From assembly GCF_006345805.1 (NCBI RefSeq), contig NC_043009.1:14074001-14138000 (forward strand): DNA of 64,000 nucleotides, read 5' to 3'. This DNA comes from Octopus sinensis (Eukaryota). Made by a program: the position numbers and the translations under genes. The notes under the pieces were generated by a model. The model saw nothing but the letters and a program-made list of their open reading frames with translations, searched no databases and had not been told where the DNA came from. Below, in pieces: positions 26,772 to 40,660 of this stretch; the first letter of the stretch is position 1; every line of letters starts with the position of its first letter.

Positions 26772-28257
26772 CATTTCACCTTACTTACCTGGCCAAGGCA
26801 CTGAGATGTGTGAAAGTTACAAGTAACTTGTAGTTGTTCTCTTGCCAGTTTGTTTTAACCAATCACGGATTAAGGTTACGCTTTTAAACTGACGGATACG
26901 ATGTTCTGAAGTATTCGTTATTTCTCTCTTCGCTTTGAGTTTTTTCGCTGAACTCAACTTTGCTCTTCAACTTTCACGATCAATAAATAAAATATTTAAA
27001 AATAGTAAAGTACCTGCCATAAGCTGATACCTAGTCGTATCCCTTTCTTCGTGGAATAAATCACCTGTAGCTTGATTTAATTGAGGAGGAGTGGGCTCCA
27101 CTGCCAGAAACTCGCGTTCTTCAGTTTTATAAAACCTAAAAGAGGCGATGAGTTGACAAGTATGAATAAAGTCTTTAACATTTTCCAAAATATCTCACTG
27201 TATTTAATTGCGTTCAAATGCCGTTGATGTTAACTTCGCTTTCGGGGCTCAGTACTGGAGTCGATAGTATAAGTTTGTATATGTTCCATAAAATTTGTAG
27301 CCCGGTCTCTATGTTATAAACTAATTCTATCCTTTTTTGAAAACCATTTCCCATTTCCATAACATCAATGATATGATATAAATTTTCATTTGGTCATCGT
27401 AGAACTACATCAGTTCACCCATTTGTATGTTTGAGCTATTTTTAACTGCATAAGAGTGTCTCAAGGATGGCACATACCTAACACAGACTGTGGTGGCTTC
27501 TTTTGAGACACGCTCGAGAAAGTGAACTCGCAACTAATTGAAGTGAAATTATAAACACTTTCATATTTAGTTTGGCATTCTAGTGAGTCAGCTATCAATG
27601 ACCTGAATCAAGAAGTGAAGTGAATGTAATGCATTTCCCAAGTAAATAAAATGAAATGTCTGAGGTTTGAAAGCGGATTATAGACTAGACTTGGTCTACT
27701 GGGAAATGGTAAGAATGACATAACTTCCAATTTCCATTTTCCTAAAAATACATAAATTGCGGCGAGTCAAAAGAAATCGATATTATATTATTAGCACAAA
27801 TAAAATAGAAGTTTTACATTGACACAACCACACATCTGAAGAGGAGGGGTATAACTCATTGATATATCCCCTACAACAGAATATACCTAGAGATTTAACA
27901 ATCGCTGTATGTAACAGGCAGATGTAAATGGGTTGTTTCTAAATACAGTATCTTCATGGACAGGAAAGAGAAATCACACAGATTGGTTTCAATCGTGGGT
28001 TGAGATTCCTCTGACTGAGTCCTCTTATTAACAGGTCACAAGAATGCTTCTAATAAATCCAATTTTAACTAGTTATTGAGTAATTGAGAAACATTTCCAC
28101 ATCAGTTAATATTAAAAGGAGTTTTATTATTGTATAACGAAGAAGAATGAAAGGAGGTCGATCTCGGCGGGGCTTAAAAGAAATACAAGTTTCCGTTATC
28201 CTCCTTCTACGGTTAATGCTGTCAAATTGGAGTAAAAACATTTCCCTTAGTCTAGAA

Positions 28258-28751
28258 CAGAGGTTCCTACCTTTTTTATTTATGGATACTTTTAATTACT
28301 ATCTTATTCTGGTGGACCTCCATAGCCATTCAATGTTTAAAATCTAGTTTTATAGAAACTTCTTTCGAAATTCTTATTTTGTTTTTCACACTTTAATTTG
28401 TGTAGCTTGAACTATGTGAAATTTTAGAGAAAGAAACCGAGCTGTTTCTTGTAATACATACCAAAATTTTTTGAGGAGCCCTTAAAATTCTATTGTAGAT
28501 CTTCAACTTAATATTTTATTACGTGAACCCACCAAATCTCATGTGGATCCTCAGGGGCCATATGGACCCCAGCTTGAACTATGTGAAATGTTAGAGAAAA
28601 ATTTAGCTGTTTCTTGCAATACATAGCAAAATGTTTTCAGGAGCCCTTAAAATACTATTGTGGATCCTCAACTTACTATTTTATTACGTGAACCCCACAA
28701 AATCTCATGTGGATCCTCAGGGGCCATATGGACCCCGGTTGTGAACCACTG
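28258..28751. mobile_element. hAT (Charlie-like) MITE with internal ~167-bp tandem duplication
   Basis: TIRs CAGAGGTTCCTACC / GGTTGTGAACCACTG; 8-bp TSD GTCTAGAA/GTCTAGGA; 28404-28570 repeated at 28571-28736. Confidence 0.85.
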
Positions 28752-29527
28752 GTCTAGGAGGTTTTGATGTTGAGACTATAATGATAATTATTGATCGATA
28801 TTGTACTGAGGAGGGTTTAACTATATGTTAACCAAATAGCTATACTATGTTGCAGATGACTTAGAGAGTCAAAGTTTGATGGCTATTTTGACATTGAGAG
28901 ATGTTGACTTTAGATCTTGATTGAGGATCTTCACTTCGTCACATATGAATCCAGATTGAGTACATCTACTTGTCATAAATTTAGATTATTTATCCAATAC
29001 TTATTCATATACTTCATTGCCTCCCTCCCAAAAGATATGACGAAAGACTTGAAGTCTAAGCAGAACTCTGACGAACTAAATAACAGATCTGTCACTCTTC
29101 CTTAGTGCCAAAACGTTGATGAATGAGCGCCTCACTTGATTATAAGAGTTTTATGGCACTTCAACTAACTAATTACTCCAAGCCGGGCCAGCAATTAGAA
29201 ACTTCAACTAAAACACACTTCTTCAGTGTACTAGAACCTACGTATTTCTGTTCCTTTTAACAAAATGTTGCGATAGAGTAAACAGCATCACTCCACTTAT
29301 TATAATTTATTATATCAATTAAGACATTGGCCAGCGATATATTACAGACCAATAAAAAATGAGGCATAGTCTCGATTAAATATGAAAAATAGGTAAACAT
29401 CACAAGTTTTTAGTTATTTTTTGTATATGACGAATGAAGAGATAAAAATTGATTCTAAGCTTGATAATGAAAAACGCTCAGACAAACACAGTAACATCGT
29501 GATAAGAGAGAAAGTGTTATTCTAACA

Positions 29528-29759
29528 CAGTTTTAGACCCTGTGATTCCTATTTTGTTTAGATGGGCCCTTCTAGTCATTTGATGCTTAAAAAATCACAT
29601 AACATTTAAAAAATTAACTGTTTTTAGGAATTGTATGAACAAATTGTTAATTTGTCTTGTGTGTTGTAGAAGTATAACCATTTTATTGCGGATAAATTTT
29701 AAGAACAAAATCTTAAATGGACTCGTAGGGGCTACATGGACCCCGGTTGGGAACAACTG
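29528..29759. mobile_element. Related degenerate hAT MITE
   Basis: Right end GGACCCCGGTTGGGAACAACTG resembles 28730-28751; flanks TTCTAACA/TTCAAACA as a possible 8-bp TSD. Confidence 0.55.
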
Positions 29760-29921
29760 TTCAAACAGAACGGAAGCTGCATGAACACTAACTAGCCCCA
29801 GATTTCGACCACCCGGTTATTAAACTTCCAAAATTTCTTCCGGGTTTATAATTTCGAAAGTATTGTAAAAGAATGCTAAATATATATTCATAGGTAAATT
29901 TATCGAACGTTTCATATTCTA

Positions 29922-31216
29922 TTGGGTTGGCAACTAAGTTGCCGCCGTTTTTTTAAATTTTGGAATTTATTGTTTTTAAATTTTGGAATCTATATTTTTT
30001 TTCGAGAAGTCTATTTTTGAATCATTTTGGAATCTATTTTATTATTTTTTCTAGTTAATTTTAGTTAATTTTTGTTTATTTTCAGATCATTAAAATGGAA
30101 TATCAAGTTAAGAAAAACGAGCATTTTTGACACCTTCTTCTTTTTGCTTTTAATCAAGGTTCTAAGGCCGCAAAGACTGCTCGCGACATTTGTGCTGTGT
30201 ATGGAGAAGGTGCCATAGCTGAAAGAACCGCTCGTGATTGATATGCCAAGTTCAAAAATAGAAGTTCAAAGACATAACTCGTTCTGGCCGTTCTGGCCGT
30301 CCAGTTTAGTTCGATGAAGAGCGATTAAACCAACTTTTGCACGAAAGTTCTCGTCAAAGGACAAGGGAACTGGTAGAGAAAATGGAATGCTCCCACACTG
30401 CTGTAGAGAAACATCTTCACTCGATGGGAAAGGTTCAGAAATATGGAACATGGGTTCTGCATGCTTTAAGTGACAACAACAAAAATCAACGGGCTACAAT
30501 ATCCGCTGGCTTGCTTGCTCATCACCGCTCAACTCATGGACACAAGCAACGATTTCTTTACCGAATCGTTACTGGCGACGAAAAATGGTACCTGTATATC
30601 AATATGAAGCAGTGTAAGGAATGGCTTAGTCCCGGTAAACAAGCGACACCGCACGTGAAACAAAATCTTCATCCGCGTAAAACGATGTTGTGCGTCTGGT
30701 GAGACTGGGAAGGGATTATCCACTACGAATTGCTTGAACGGAACCAAACGATCAATGCAGAACTCCATGTTCAATAGATGGAACGACTCAACACGGCTAT
30801 TCAAGAGAAAAGACTTAATCGGCAGCACGAAGTTCTGCTGCACGACAACGCCCGACCTCATTTCGCCAATATGTCCAAGGAAGCCATTCAAACGCATGGC
30901 TGGGAAGTGCTGCCACACCCGCCGTACTCTCCTAATTTGGCACCAACAGATTTTGCACCTCTTTCGGTCCCTTTCAAATGCTATGCGCGGAGTTTCGTTC
31001 AATAGCGATGCAGAATTGAGAGCTTGGTTGGATAATTTTTTCGAGTCGAAATCGGGTGATTTCTACCAACGAGGTATTGAAAATCTTGTTGAACGTTGGG
31101 AAGAAATGTAAACAACAAGGGAGAATACATTATTGATTAGTTAGTTGTTATTTTTTATTAAACCTTTTTAAAAATTTAAATTTTTAAAAACGGTGGGAAC
31201 TTAGTTGCCAACCCAA
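29922..31216 (+). mobile_element. Full-length (1295 bp) mariner with inactivated DD34D transposase (30095-31140)
   Basis: TIRs TTGGGTTGGCAACTAAGTT / AACTTAGTTGCCAACCCAA with TA TSD; VTGDEKW, HDNARPH, HPPYSPNLAPTD; stops and frameshifts. Confidence 0.96.
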
Positions 31217-31809
31217 TATATTTGAAGATTTTAAGATCAAGTTTATATTACCATCTATCCTGTATTCAATTACATTTCAATTCCTGATTAAATTCTAAAA
31301 GTTTCCTTCATACACTTTTGTATTTTTTCACAGCATGCGTACAGTGATCTGCTCTGATGCGGTATTTCAGTAGAAATGACAAAATAAATAAACTAAAGTA
31401 AAAAGAAAAAAGTAATGAAAATAAAAAAACAAATGATACTGTTTATGAGTGCCAGTTTTTGTTTTACTTTTTTTTTTAAAAATTTTAAATTTCATAAGTT
31501 TATTTAATTTGTTGTTAATTTTCGTTTTCAGTGCACCTTTTATGAATCTTCCCATTCTCAAATATGCTGAAAGTTTGTTATAAGAAAGGAAAATACATGA
31601 TCCAGCATTAGGCACAAGATGCAAGTTTACATTCGGTTTTTAATATGGTGTAAAGTCAGATTATTCCAACTCGCTTGAAGATATCTCGGTGTTTTATACA
31701 GTATATCACAATTAGCCTTCCGCCCACCACTCCATACATGCATCCATCACCCATTGGGGATTCTTCCATGCATCCATTCATCATCCATCTATCCATTCAT
31801 CCATCCATC

Positions 31810-32510
31810 TTTGCCCACTGTTTCTTGGAAGGTGATCGGCAGTCCCTTCAACAAAAGCAACCGCCATGAAACTTTCCGCCTAGATTATCAGGCGTAACTA
31901 GTAGCGACTGCGAATATTATCCAAACATTTTGCTCTTGGTCTACCCCCACAGTCTCCTACCGGTGGGCTCGGCTTGAAAATTCCATCTTGCGACATTCTA
32001 ATCACATATCCGTAGTATGGGAGATACAGTCACGACCTGGAGAGACTTCCTGCTTTCCAAGCTACGCACATTGTCAAGTAACTTTACTCTAGACACCCTT
32101 CGGAGGAAACCATTTCGGCTGATTGTATTCGCGATAGTATACGTTTGGTCTTACCCAACACTCTTGACGATAGATGAAGACTCGCAGGAAAACAGAAATG
32201 AAGATAGCAAGTTTGACTTTTTTTGCCAACCATTTTTCTCTTGAGGGTCGAATGCTGGAGCTGGCGTGTTATTGTGTCAGTATCTGCAACTCTAACACTC
32301 AGTTCAGCCTCTTATCACTCATGAATATGGCCTCGAGATTTCTCAAGTTTCTCTGCTCGTCTCAGTGATGGTCCACTAACTTGCAGAATGCACTGAGAAG
32401 ACTTTCTTGAGAGGACTAAGGTCTCGATTTTCACCACACTAATTCTCCTGCCTTGCAGCACTCGGCAGTAAAAGTACTCAGTGTACGCCGGACATCACAA
32501 CAGAACTTAT
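31810..32510 (-). mobile_element. Old RTE-like LINE 3' fragment
   Basis: Minus strand reads FLRRVSRVKLLDNVRSLESRKSLQV; (GATG)n-type tail at ~31740-31810. Confidence 0.65.
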
Positions 32511-33361
32511 TGTTTCCCAAAGTAATTTCAGATTCCAAATTTGTAAACACATTTTCAAATGTAACAGGACGAAATCACTGTGGTGTCAACAAATAAATGA
32601 ATAAAAAAAGATAAACACATAATATACTTAAAATCGATAAATAAAATATGCAAAAAAATATATAAAATAAATAGTTAAAAATAGAAAGTAAATTCTTCAC
32701 AATTTTATGGAATACCAGCTCCTACAAGAAATCACAAATCAGAAATATTTTCAACTAATGATGCAATATATTTTAGTATAAAACAATTTTCGTATGAGTG
32801 TTATTCAAAACGATTGCAAAGTTTTGTAGAAAATTTATTATTTATTTATGCATTCGGAATAGATGTAAAAATTGCAATACTTTATGTAAGAATCTTTATA
32901 ATGAGTGTCCTAATTTTGGCTGATGTTTGTGTAAATGTTTATTTAATGCGTCTGTAAATTTGAGACAAAGAACGAATGAATTTTATGTAAGGTACCGAGT
33001 TCCTGCACTATTATATCGATCTAATAGTATTTTATGTTACCATCGGAAATCGAAGTTAGTGACATGAAACTTCATTCTTATTTCCATATATTTCTTCGAT
33101 CGAAGAGATAATACAAAAGTTGTCCTTGTGTTTTTATACTTATAATACATTATTTCTCTGTACTTTCCAGTTAAAATTTCCACAAGACCAGAGCCAAACT
33201 TCAGAATTCTCAATTTATTTGAAGATGCGAAACCATATTTTAATGCTGATGAGAAAACCTTAAGATACGTTTAACAACATAAATGAATGAAAAATGTGTA
33301 TATCTTCTTTATAACCTTGATGCGTCTTTAAAAGTAAGTTTTAGAAAGAGAAAGAATAAAC

Positions 33362-33786
33362 GGATCTTTTCGGTTTGAACGGCAGTTTTTAAAAATAATT
33401 TCCACGTAACTAAACACTTTTAAACTTCGTATACTGGTAGAATGTGTTTATAAAACATCTTTTTCTCTTGGCTTTATTGAGAAAATTCTATAGTTTGTAA
33501 GATATTTGTTGTTGTTTTTCTTCAATTTTTGCAATTTCAACCAATCAATGACGTCTATTGAGGTGAAAACATTCTGTGCTGTATGAATATGTCCCTCGTT
33601 TAAGAAACATATTGGGTTTATTTACATTTCTGAAGAAAAAAAGACACTCTTCCCCCCACCCCTAACCCTAACTAACCCTAACCCTAAAACAGATTGAAAT
33701 GCAATAGATCAATACTAGGGTCATAATTATGGTTGACAATTTCATATGACACCGCTGAAAAATTGCCGTTCAAACCGAAAAGATCC
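33362..33786. mobile_element. MITE with Merlin-like TIRs and internal (CCCTAA) repeats
   Basis: TIR GGATCTTTTCGGTTTGAACGGCA at both ends; CCCTAA units at 33660-33687. Confidence 0.9.
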
Positions 33787-34913
33787 AAATAAAACGTATC
33801 CTTGAAGGATTCTCACTATTTGATTTAGTCTGCTGTATGCATTAGAGAAACACGAAGAGTGAAAGATTCTCTCTACGTATTTGATTGGTGTTCTAAATGT
33901 GGTAAAGCTATGTTGCTACTCGTCATGGTTATCTTTTAAAATGTATTTCAAATTTTAAATTCTTCCGACTATTTAAAATATATAATAATAAACACGATTC
34001 CAACATGGTGATAAGTTGAATTATTAAGCATCATATTAAAACATATGATGATAAATATATATTTGCGTAAATAAACTATCATTAAAATATTTGGATCAAG
34101 ATAAACACTAAACTACAGAAAAATGGATAATAAAACGTGGAGTTTCGTGTCACAACACAACAAAACCGAGTAGAAATACTGAAATATTTAATTTTATATC
34201 AATGATTGTTTACTGTAAGGGCTCATTATGCAAATGTTGACTTTACTAAATACTATATGTCTAGTGAACGAAAGAATGAAATAGATTAGGTTTTACAATT
34301 ATGGAAGTTTTGTTACGAATCTATATTGTATAGAATTTTAAAACTTAACTAGAGAAAAGCGTTTAAGAAAAGTTTCAAATGTTAAATTAATCTTGTAGCA
34401 ATTCCAGAGATTCATACAACTATATTACTAGCTAAATCAGAAAAAAATAGAATCAAAATTTTCGTGACAAAACCTCCATCATTTAACATTCTACGCAGCA
34501 CAGTCTAAATATTTCCCTTTGAAGTTGCTACTGTAACTACCAGATCAATAACCATTTTAAGAAAGTTACAAAAACATATTTCGTTTAAACTTATGAATCT
34601 TCATAAAAAGTAAAAGGTACTTTCAAAAATTTATTTTCGGTAATTTTACAGAAAAATAAAAATTTTTATTCATTTCATGATATGTTCCTTTCTTCGCAAG
34701 CTGCGATCATTGTTTTTCTTTTTGGACTAATTTTGTATATTTTCAATAATCATATGAAAATGTCATTTAGATTTGCTTTATTTTGTTTTTGTTCAGCAGT
34801 TTAGTTAACCTTTTCACGAGTTTACATGTAGTGAAGGTGTGTTTGCTAGTTAAAAGTCTTCCAAATGTTGTAAGTATCGAAATCATGGAATACTACTTTT
34901 GATTTGAAGAACC

Positions 34914-34959
<46 letters not shown>

Positions 34960-35163
34960 CACGCACGCACGCACACAGACACACACAGAATACATACATA
35001 TATACGTACGTACGTGCATACAAGAAGCTACAGTGGTTTGGAGAGTATCATCACACGTATATGAAGTGAGACTAGCGACAAGTTTCTGTAAAAACTTCAA
35101 TGAAATGCAAGTATAAAAGACAACACATAATGATCTGTGCCAGAGATCATATATATATATGTA

Positions 35164-35335
35164 TAAAATTATAAATTAGGGTATCTTCGAGATACCACCA
35201 TGCTGAAAATAGCAGCCATGATCTGACTTTAAAACCACCTAAATCGTCCATATATCAACACGGAGAAAAACTAGTAAAAGATTATTGGATAATTCTAGAT
35301 GGTGGTATCTCGTAGATACCTTAATTTATAATTTT
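35164..35335. repeat. Inverted repeat, ~36-bp arms, ~100-bp spacer
   Basis: AAAATTATAAATTAGGGTATCTTCGAGATACCACCA vs TGGTGGTATCTCGTAGATACCTTAATTTATAATTTT. Confidence 0.88.
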
Positions 35336-35436
35336 AATAATTATTACCTTTGAAGGTTATTTTTTCCATGCTGACCACTTGCTAAAATCGTTATTTTATT
35401 TTTAAATTAACGATCTTATCCTTATTTATATAAATT

Positions 35437-35492
<56 letters not shown>

Positions 35493-35529
35493 TATGTGTG
35501 GTGTGTGTGTGTGTGTGCGTGTGTGTGTC

Positions 35530-35735
35530 TTTGTGTCTGTGCATGTCCACAACCACCGTTTGACTGCCGGTGTTAGTGTTCTTATGTCCCCGTAAGTTTG
35601 CGGTTTGACAAAAGAAACCGATAGAATAAGTACTAGGCTCAAAGAATAAGTACTAGGATCGGTTTATTCTACTAAAATTTCTCCAAGGCGGTGGCCCAGC
35701 ATGGCCGCAGTTTAATGACTGAAACAAATGTAAGA
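35530..35735 (+). mobile_element. SINE family B, 3' module
   Basis: Homologous to 56220-56415. Confidence 0.8.
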
Positions 35736-36322
35736 AAAATATTTCATTATAAATCTATGTGCCATTTCCCGCAACGGGCGGAGAATTCTATAGTTGTTGC
35801 ATAGTTTGTCTTCCAGATGCTTTCATAATTTGTCTTTCCTACAGGCAAGGAGACAGATTTCTGTCATATTTGTTATATATTGTTTCAAAGAACGTACGAT
35901 CTTGCTGACATTTTGAGACAGAGGACAAATTTTTAAAATCTCATCGTCGTTGCTTACACTTACCTAACTTATTCATGGATATATATATACGGAAGTTTTG
36001 ACATAACTTGAAGATTTTATGGAAATTTGCTATTTACGGAAGTTTTGATGTATCTTGAAGCTTTTATGGAAATTTATTACTATGTAGCGCAGTACGCCTG
36101 TTATATACAAACGAAAATCAAAAGCCTGGATTGTTCAGCACATATATGCTCTTTTGTCCACAATTTAGAGGAAACACACATTCTCTGGGCTTCTAACTTC
36201 TTCAATAGTGCATGACTTTTATTCAATGCCCTGTTCAATGTCTTTTTGCTTAGTATGTATGCATTTATGTACGTACGAACATACATGTGTATGCATGTCT
36301 GTCTGTCTGTATTTATGTATGT

Positions 36323-36470
36323 AGGGAGAGTTTACGAAATAAGACAAAAGACGAAGACATGTGGTGTACAAAACAAACAGATATATTACTATAGCGCTCA
36401 AGAATAGAAAAAGTCTTTTACGTTTCGAGCCTACGCTCTTCAACAGAAAAGGACACAGAAAAAAACAAGG
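36323..36470 (-). repeat. Repeat family X (copy 3)
   Basis: Minus strand CTGTTGA-A-GAGC-GTAG-GCTC-GAAA-CG-TA-AAAG. Confidence 0.8.
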
Positions 36471-36509
36471 AGAGAAAAATAGGAGAGAAAAAAGATGTAT
36501 GTATGTTTG

Positions 36510-37040
36510 TCATTGTTCAGTTTTATTTCAAGATTTCTTGCCAATAGAGAAAGAGCCAGTTTCTAACCTAGATCTAAGGCTCTTTCATTGGGATTTCAAC
36601 ATCAAGAACAGGGTATTTTTGTATGTGTGTATGTATGTATGTATGTATGTATGTATGTATGTATGTATGTATGTAGTATGTATGTATGCATGCATGCATT
36701 TATGTATGCATGTATGTATGCATATATGCATGTATGTGTATGTGTAGATTTGTATATTTTGCGTTATGTATGTATTGTCATGCGTATAGTTGCATATCTA
36801 AACATGCTCATACATATTTAAATGCTAAACTTCTGGAAAGTTTTACAGATTTTTACATTTCCAGTAATGGATTGGATCTGCAGTCTTCGAATTAGCTTTC
36901 TCCTTTCTGGCTTTGAGAAGCCTAATTTCTCAAGATTGGTATTTAGGCAGTGTGTTACATATCCCATGGCCTCAATAATTACATGTATAAACCTGAACAT
37001 ATAATCTGAATAGAGTAACTGCATATTTTTCAGTAGTTCA
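36510..37040 (-). mobile_element. 3' end of an R4/Dong/NeSL-like (REL endonuclease) non-LTR element
   Basis: ORF 36818-37024 VIIEAMGYVTHCL...LEKLGF...LQIQSITGNVKICKTFQK fits the REL C-terminal pattern (PIIIGALG...LQ...GT.KI); embedded in (TATG)n. Confidence 0.7.
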
Positions 37041-38651
37041 ACGTAAGTATTTTATGTATGTATGCATGTATGTATGTATGTATGTATGTATGTACGTACG
37101 TATGTATATATGCATGTACGTATGCTTGTATGCGTGCATGATGTAGGTGTGTACGTATATAATTCTTTTTTTTTTATTATCCATTACAAATATTTCTGGA
37201 AGGCGAGAGCTAGTTCCTAACACCAAACAGAAGCGCCATCATTCGAATTCGGAAGACAACAACGATGATACAAATCGAATTTCAGAAAGTTTTATATATT
37301 TTTACTATTCTTCTTATTGATCATGCCTTGAAGTTTCTGTCAAATGGTCTCTTTTTCTCTCCCTTTCTTTCTTTCTCTATCTCCTATCCCCCTCTCTCTT
37401 TCTCTCTTTTTGCTTGAGAATCCTAACTTTTCCAGATTGTTGCCTTGACATTTGCTAACATAACCAAGTCCACAAATGATTTTTGGAATAAATGTTAATT
37501 TGAAATCATAGGAGACGACTTACAGTTTTCGAAGCAGTTGTATGTCCATAAATATTCTCCTTCTCGTTCATCTTGGAAGAGATGTTCACATTTGTAGCGT
37601 AGCTACTTCGATGGCGGTACATCACTTCTATTCGTTCCCAAAGAACTATGTTCGATCTTTTATGTTTGCACTTGGTAGAAGCTTTAATCCGAAATATATT
37701 GAGAATGTACCATCAACAGTCCTTGTGTATGTATTCCATGGCAGGATTTTAAAAATATTTCCCCGGGACATTTTTCCTGCAGATAGTGTGGTATATAGTT
37801 CTTCTATCTTTTACTTGTTTCAATCATTAGACTGTCACCCTGCTGTGATACCTCCTTGAACCTGTGAGGTCGAATGAATCTCTTCGTTTTAAAGCCTGGT
37901 ATTATTCTATCGGGCTCTTTTGCTGAATCTCTAAGTTACACACCAGCACCGTTGTCAAGTGATGATGGGAAACATAGAGAGACACACAGGCACAGACGCG
38001 CGCGCATACACATACACATGGAATAGGCTTCTTTCAGTTTCCTACCAAATCCTCTCACAAAGCTTTAGAAGACTCGAAGCTATAATAGATGACACTTGCC
38101 AACGTACCATGCAGTCTGGGATGCAAGCTTCTTACCACACACCCATGCTTGTCGCAGTGGGAGATGACATTTTGAGTAGTTGTTAATTATATACACCATG
38201 CTCTCCGAAAAAAATAATGATATAATCGGTACAACAGCATTATAGACCTCCGGGCAATCTAAGGCACTGAGATTTCAAAATTCATAACAGCATACAAAGA
38301 TTCGCGTCAGGTCCTTATACTCAAAGGAATACCGGAGCAAAGCAATACTGTAAGATCGTAACATATATAATTACAGGATATTTTAATTAATGTCGCGCCC
38401 CCAAAGCCACTGGGCGTCTGGGTAACTTTCATGCCATTCATGCCTCAAGATGGCACTTTGTATTTTATTTATTTCTGTTCTGAGTTTATCTTCTGATAAG
38501 GCTATCTTTATCTTTTATCCTCCTAGGTATGGCAAAATAAAGAAATAGTTAAGTACTCAATCGATTTTATTCTTGTAATGTATATAATTTGTGAAAGGAA
38601 TAACAATAAAAGTATCGGACTATGTAAATGTAAGAACTATATTAATATAAG

Positions 38652-38721
<70 letters not shown>

Positions 38722-40084
38722 TGATGATGATGATGCTGATGATCATGATGATAGTAATCAAAAGTTAAGAAAACAAATTCCCGAAAATGGTAGATTAATT
38801 ATGTCTATTTAGTTATGTAATTCATATACTTCTACGTTTTCTTCTTGCTCACATACATGGGTCTACGTATATACGTATACTTATATTTGACTGTAAATAG
38901 TTATAAGTATTTATGTTATCAATATACATGTGATTATGAGTCTGAGTGAATGTTTATACGTACATACACTATACATACGTCATATCATATGAACTGTTAT
39001 TTTAGAGCCGGGGCAATAAATTTCCGAAAGCCGAAAAGTAAAATGGCGTAGGAAATATGGACAAAGGTAGGTATAGCCGAATATCACCGAAGTAAGACGA
39101 ACAAAGCCGTAAAACAACGGGCAAAGGCGAAAGGCTACTTGACGGCTGCTACTTTCCATCTTCCACTCCATATATCTTTATGGCTGATGTTTTTCCCTCT
39201 TACTAAGCAAAAAGAGACGAAAATTCAATGGTTTGGAGGCTCCCACAGCGGCCAGCTTTGATGTATCCACGCCCTTTAGTTCTTCACCAAGGAAACAATT
39301 GTTTTTATTTCTGTTTTATCTGGAGGCTGGCCGAATACATAACAATAAAATACGATACCAACAATAAGAAGAACCACAATAAAAACGTTAAAAAGATAAA
39401 AACGGGAAATTCAAAGTTGGCGTAGATTTTTATTTTCTTTAAACGAGTGGTGAGAAATTGTGCTCAGTGTGAGATTCAGTGGCTCTAAGCTAGTTTGTGT
39501 GTGTGAAGTTCTCCTTTCTATCCGTTTTTATGATTCCGGATTTACTGCTATAAATAAACAGGTACTTGCCACAAAGTCGTAAAATGAAATTTAAAGCACC
39601 CCCCGATCTAACGTATTCGCACACAAATACACATACTTGAAAAATAGACATAACGTATATAAACATACGCACGCAAATACACTCACACACACACACAGAG
39701 GCACTAAATATATATATCTGAATGTGTGTGTGTGCGTGCGTGTGCGTGCATGTGCGTGCCTATCTGTGTGTGTATGTGTGTGTATGTGTGTACGGGTTTA
39801 TATGCATATATGGACGCTCGTACATATAATCACGTATAAGATTTCGGTAAGATAACACTTAAAAAGTATAACAACAACAACAACGGTGATGACGATAACA
39901 ATAACAGCAACTACAAGACAACGAGGAAGCCTCAATATGGTCACCCGGCATGCTAGAAATAGTAGCTAAATCTTCGAAGAACACTGGATAAAATATTCCT
40001 CGATATATTGCTTTGAACAAAAGATAATCTAGTGAAGACTTAGATGCCTTTGTCCATAGACTTGCTTATTCATTTGACTTGAGA

Positions 40085-40316
40085 TTAAACAACAACAATT
40101 ACAACAACAATGGCAAAAACAGTGGCAACAACAACGACAACAACGATGATATTAATACTACTTCTAATATGAATGATGATCGTGGTATGAATTTAGACGA
40201 CGAAAATGATAGTTGTAGTTGTGGTAGTGAAGATGATGATGACGATGATGACAATGATGATGATGATGAAGATGATGATGATGATGATGATGAAGATGAT
40301 GATGACGATGATGATT

Positions 40317-40352
<36 letters not shown>

Positions 40353-40660
40353 GTGATGGTGATGATGATGGTGATGATGATGACGATGACGATGATGATC
40401 ATGATCATGATGGTTGCGGTGGCAGGTGGACTAATCAGTGATGGTAGGGGTAGTGGGGAAACTGCTGTTGATGATGGCGGTAATGATAATGGTGTTGCTT
40501 TTGTTTTGTTGCTGTTGTTGTGCCTGATGATGACGTTGATGACGATGACGACGATGATGATAGTGATGGCAACGATGACGACGACGACGACGACGATGAC
40601 GACGATGACGATGACGAAGACGATGATGATAATGATGATATGACGATGGTGATGATAATA
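40085..40660. repeat. (AAC)n/(GAT)n/(GAC)n trinucleotide low-complexity tract
   Basis: Direct reading. Confidence 0.95.

Noticed and set aside
26781-26793. TACTTACCTGGC resembling the U1 snRNA 5' end or a minus-strand splice donor
   Set aside because: The match stops after 12 nt, no U1 body follows, and it is mostly part of a SINE TSD.
40079-40441. Acidic poly-Asp ORF
   Set aside because: (GAT)n tract open in several frames and on both strands; no splice or domain support.
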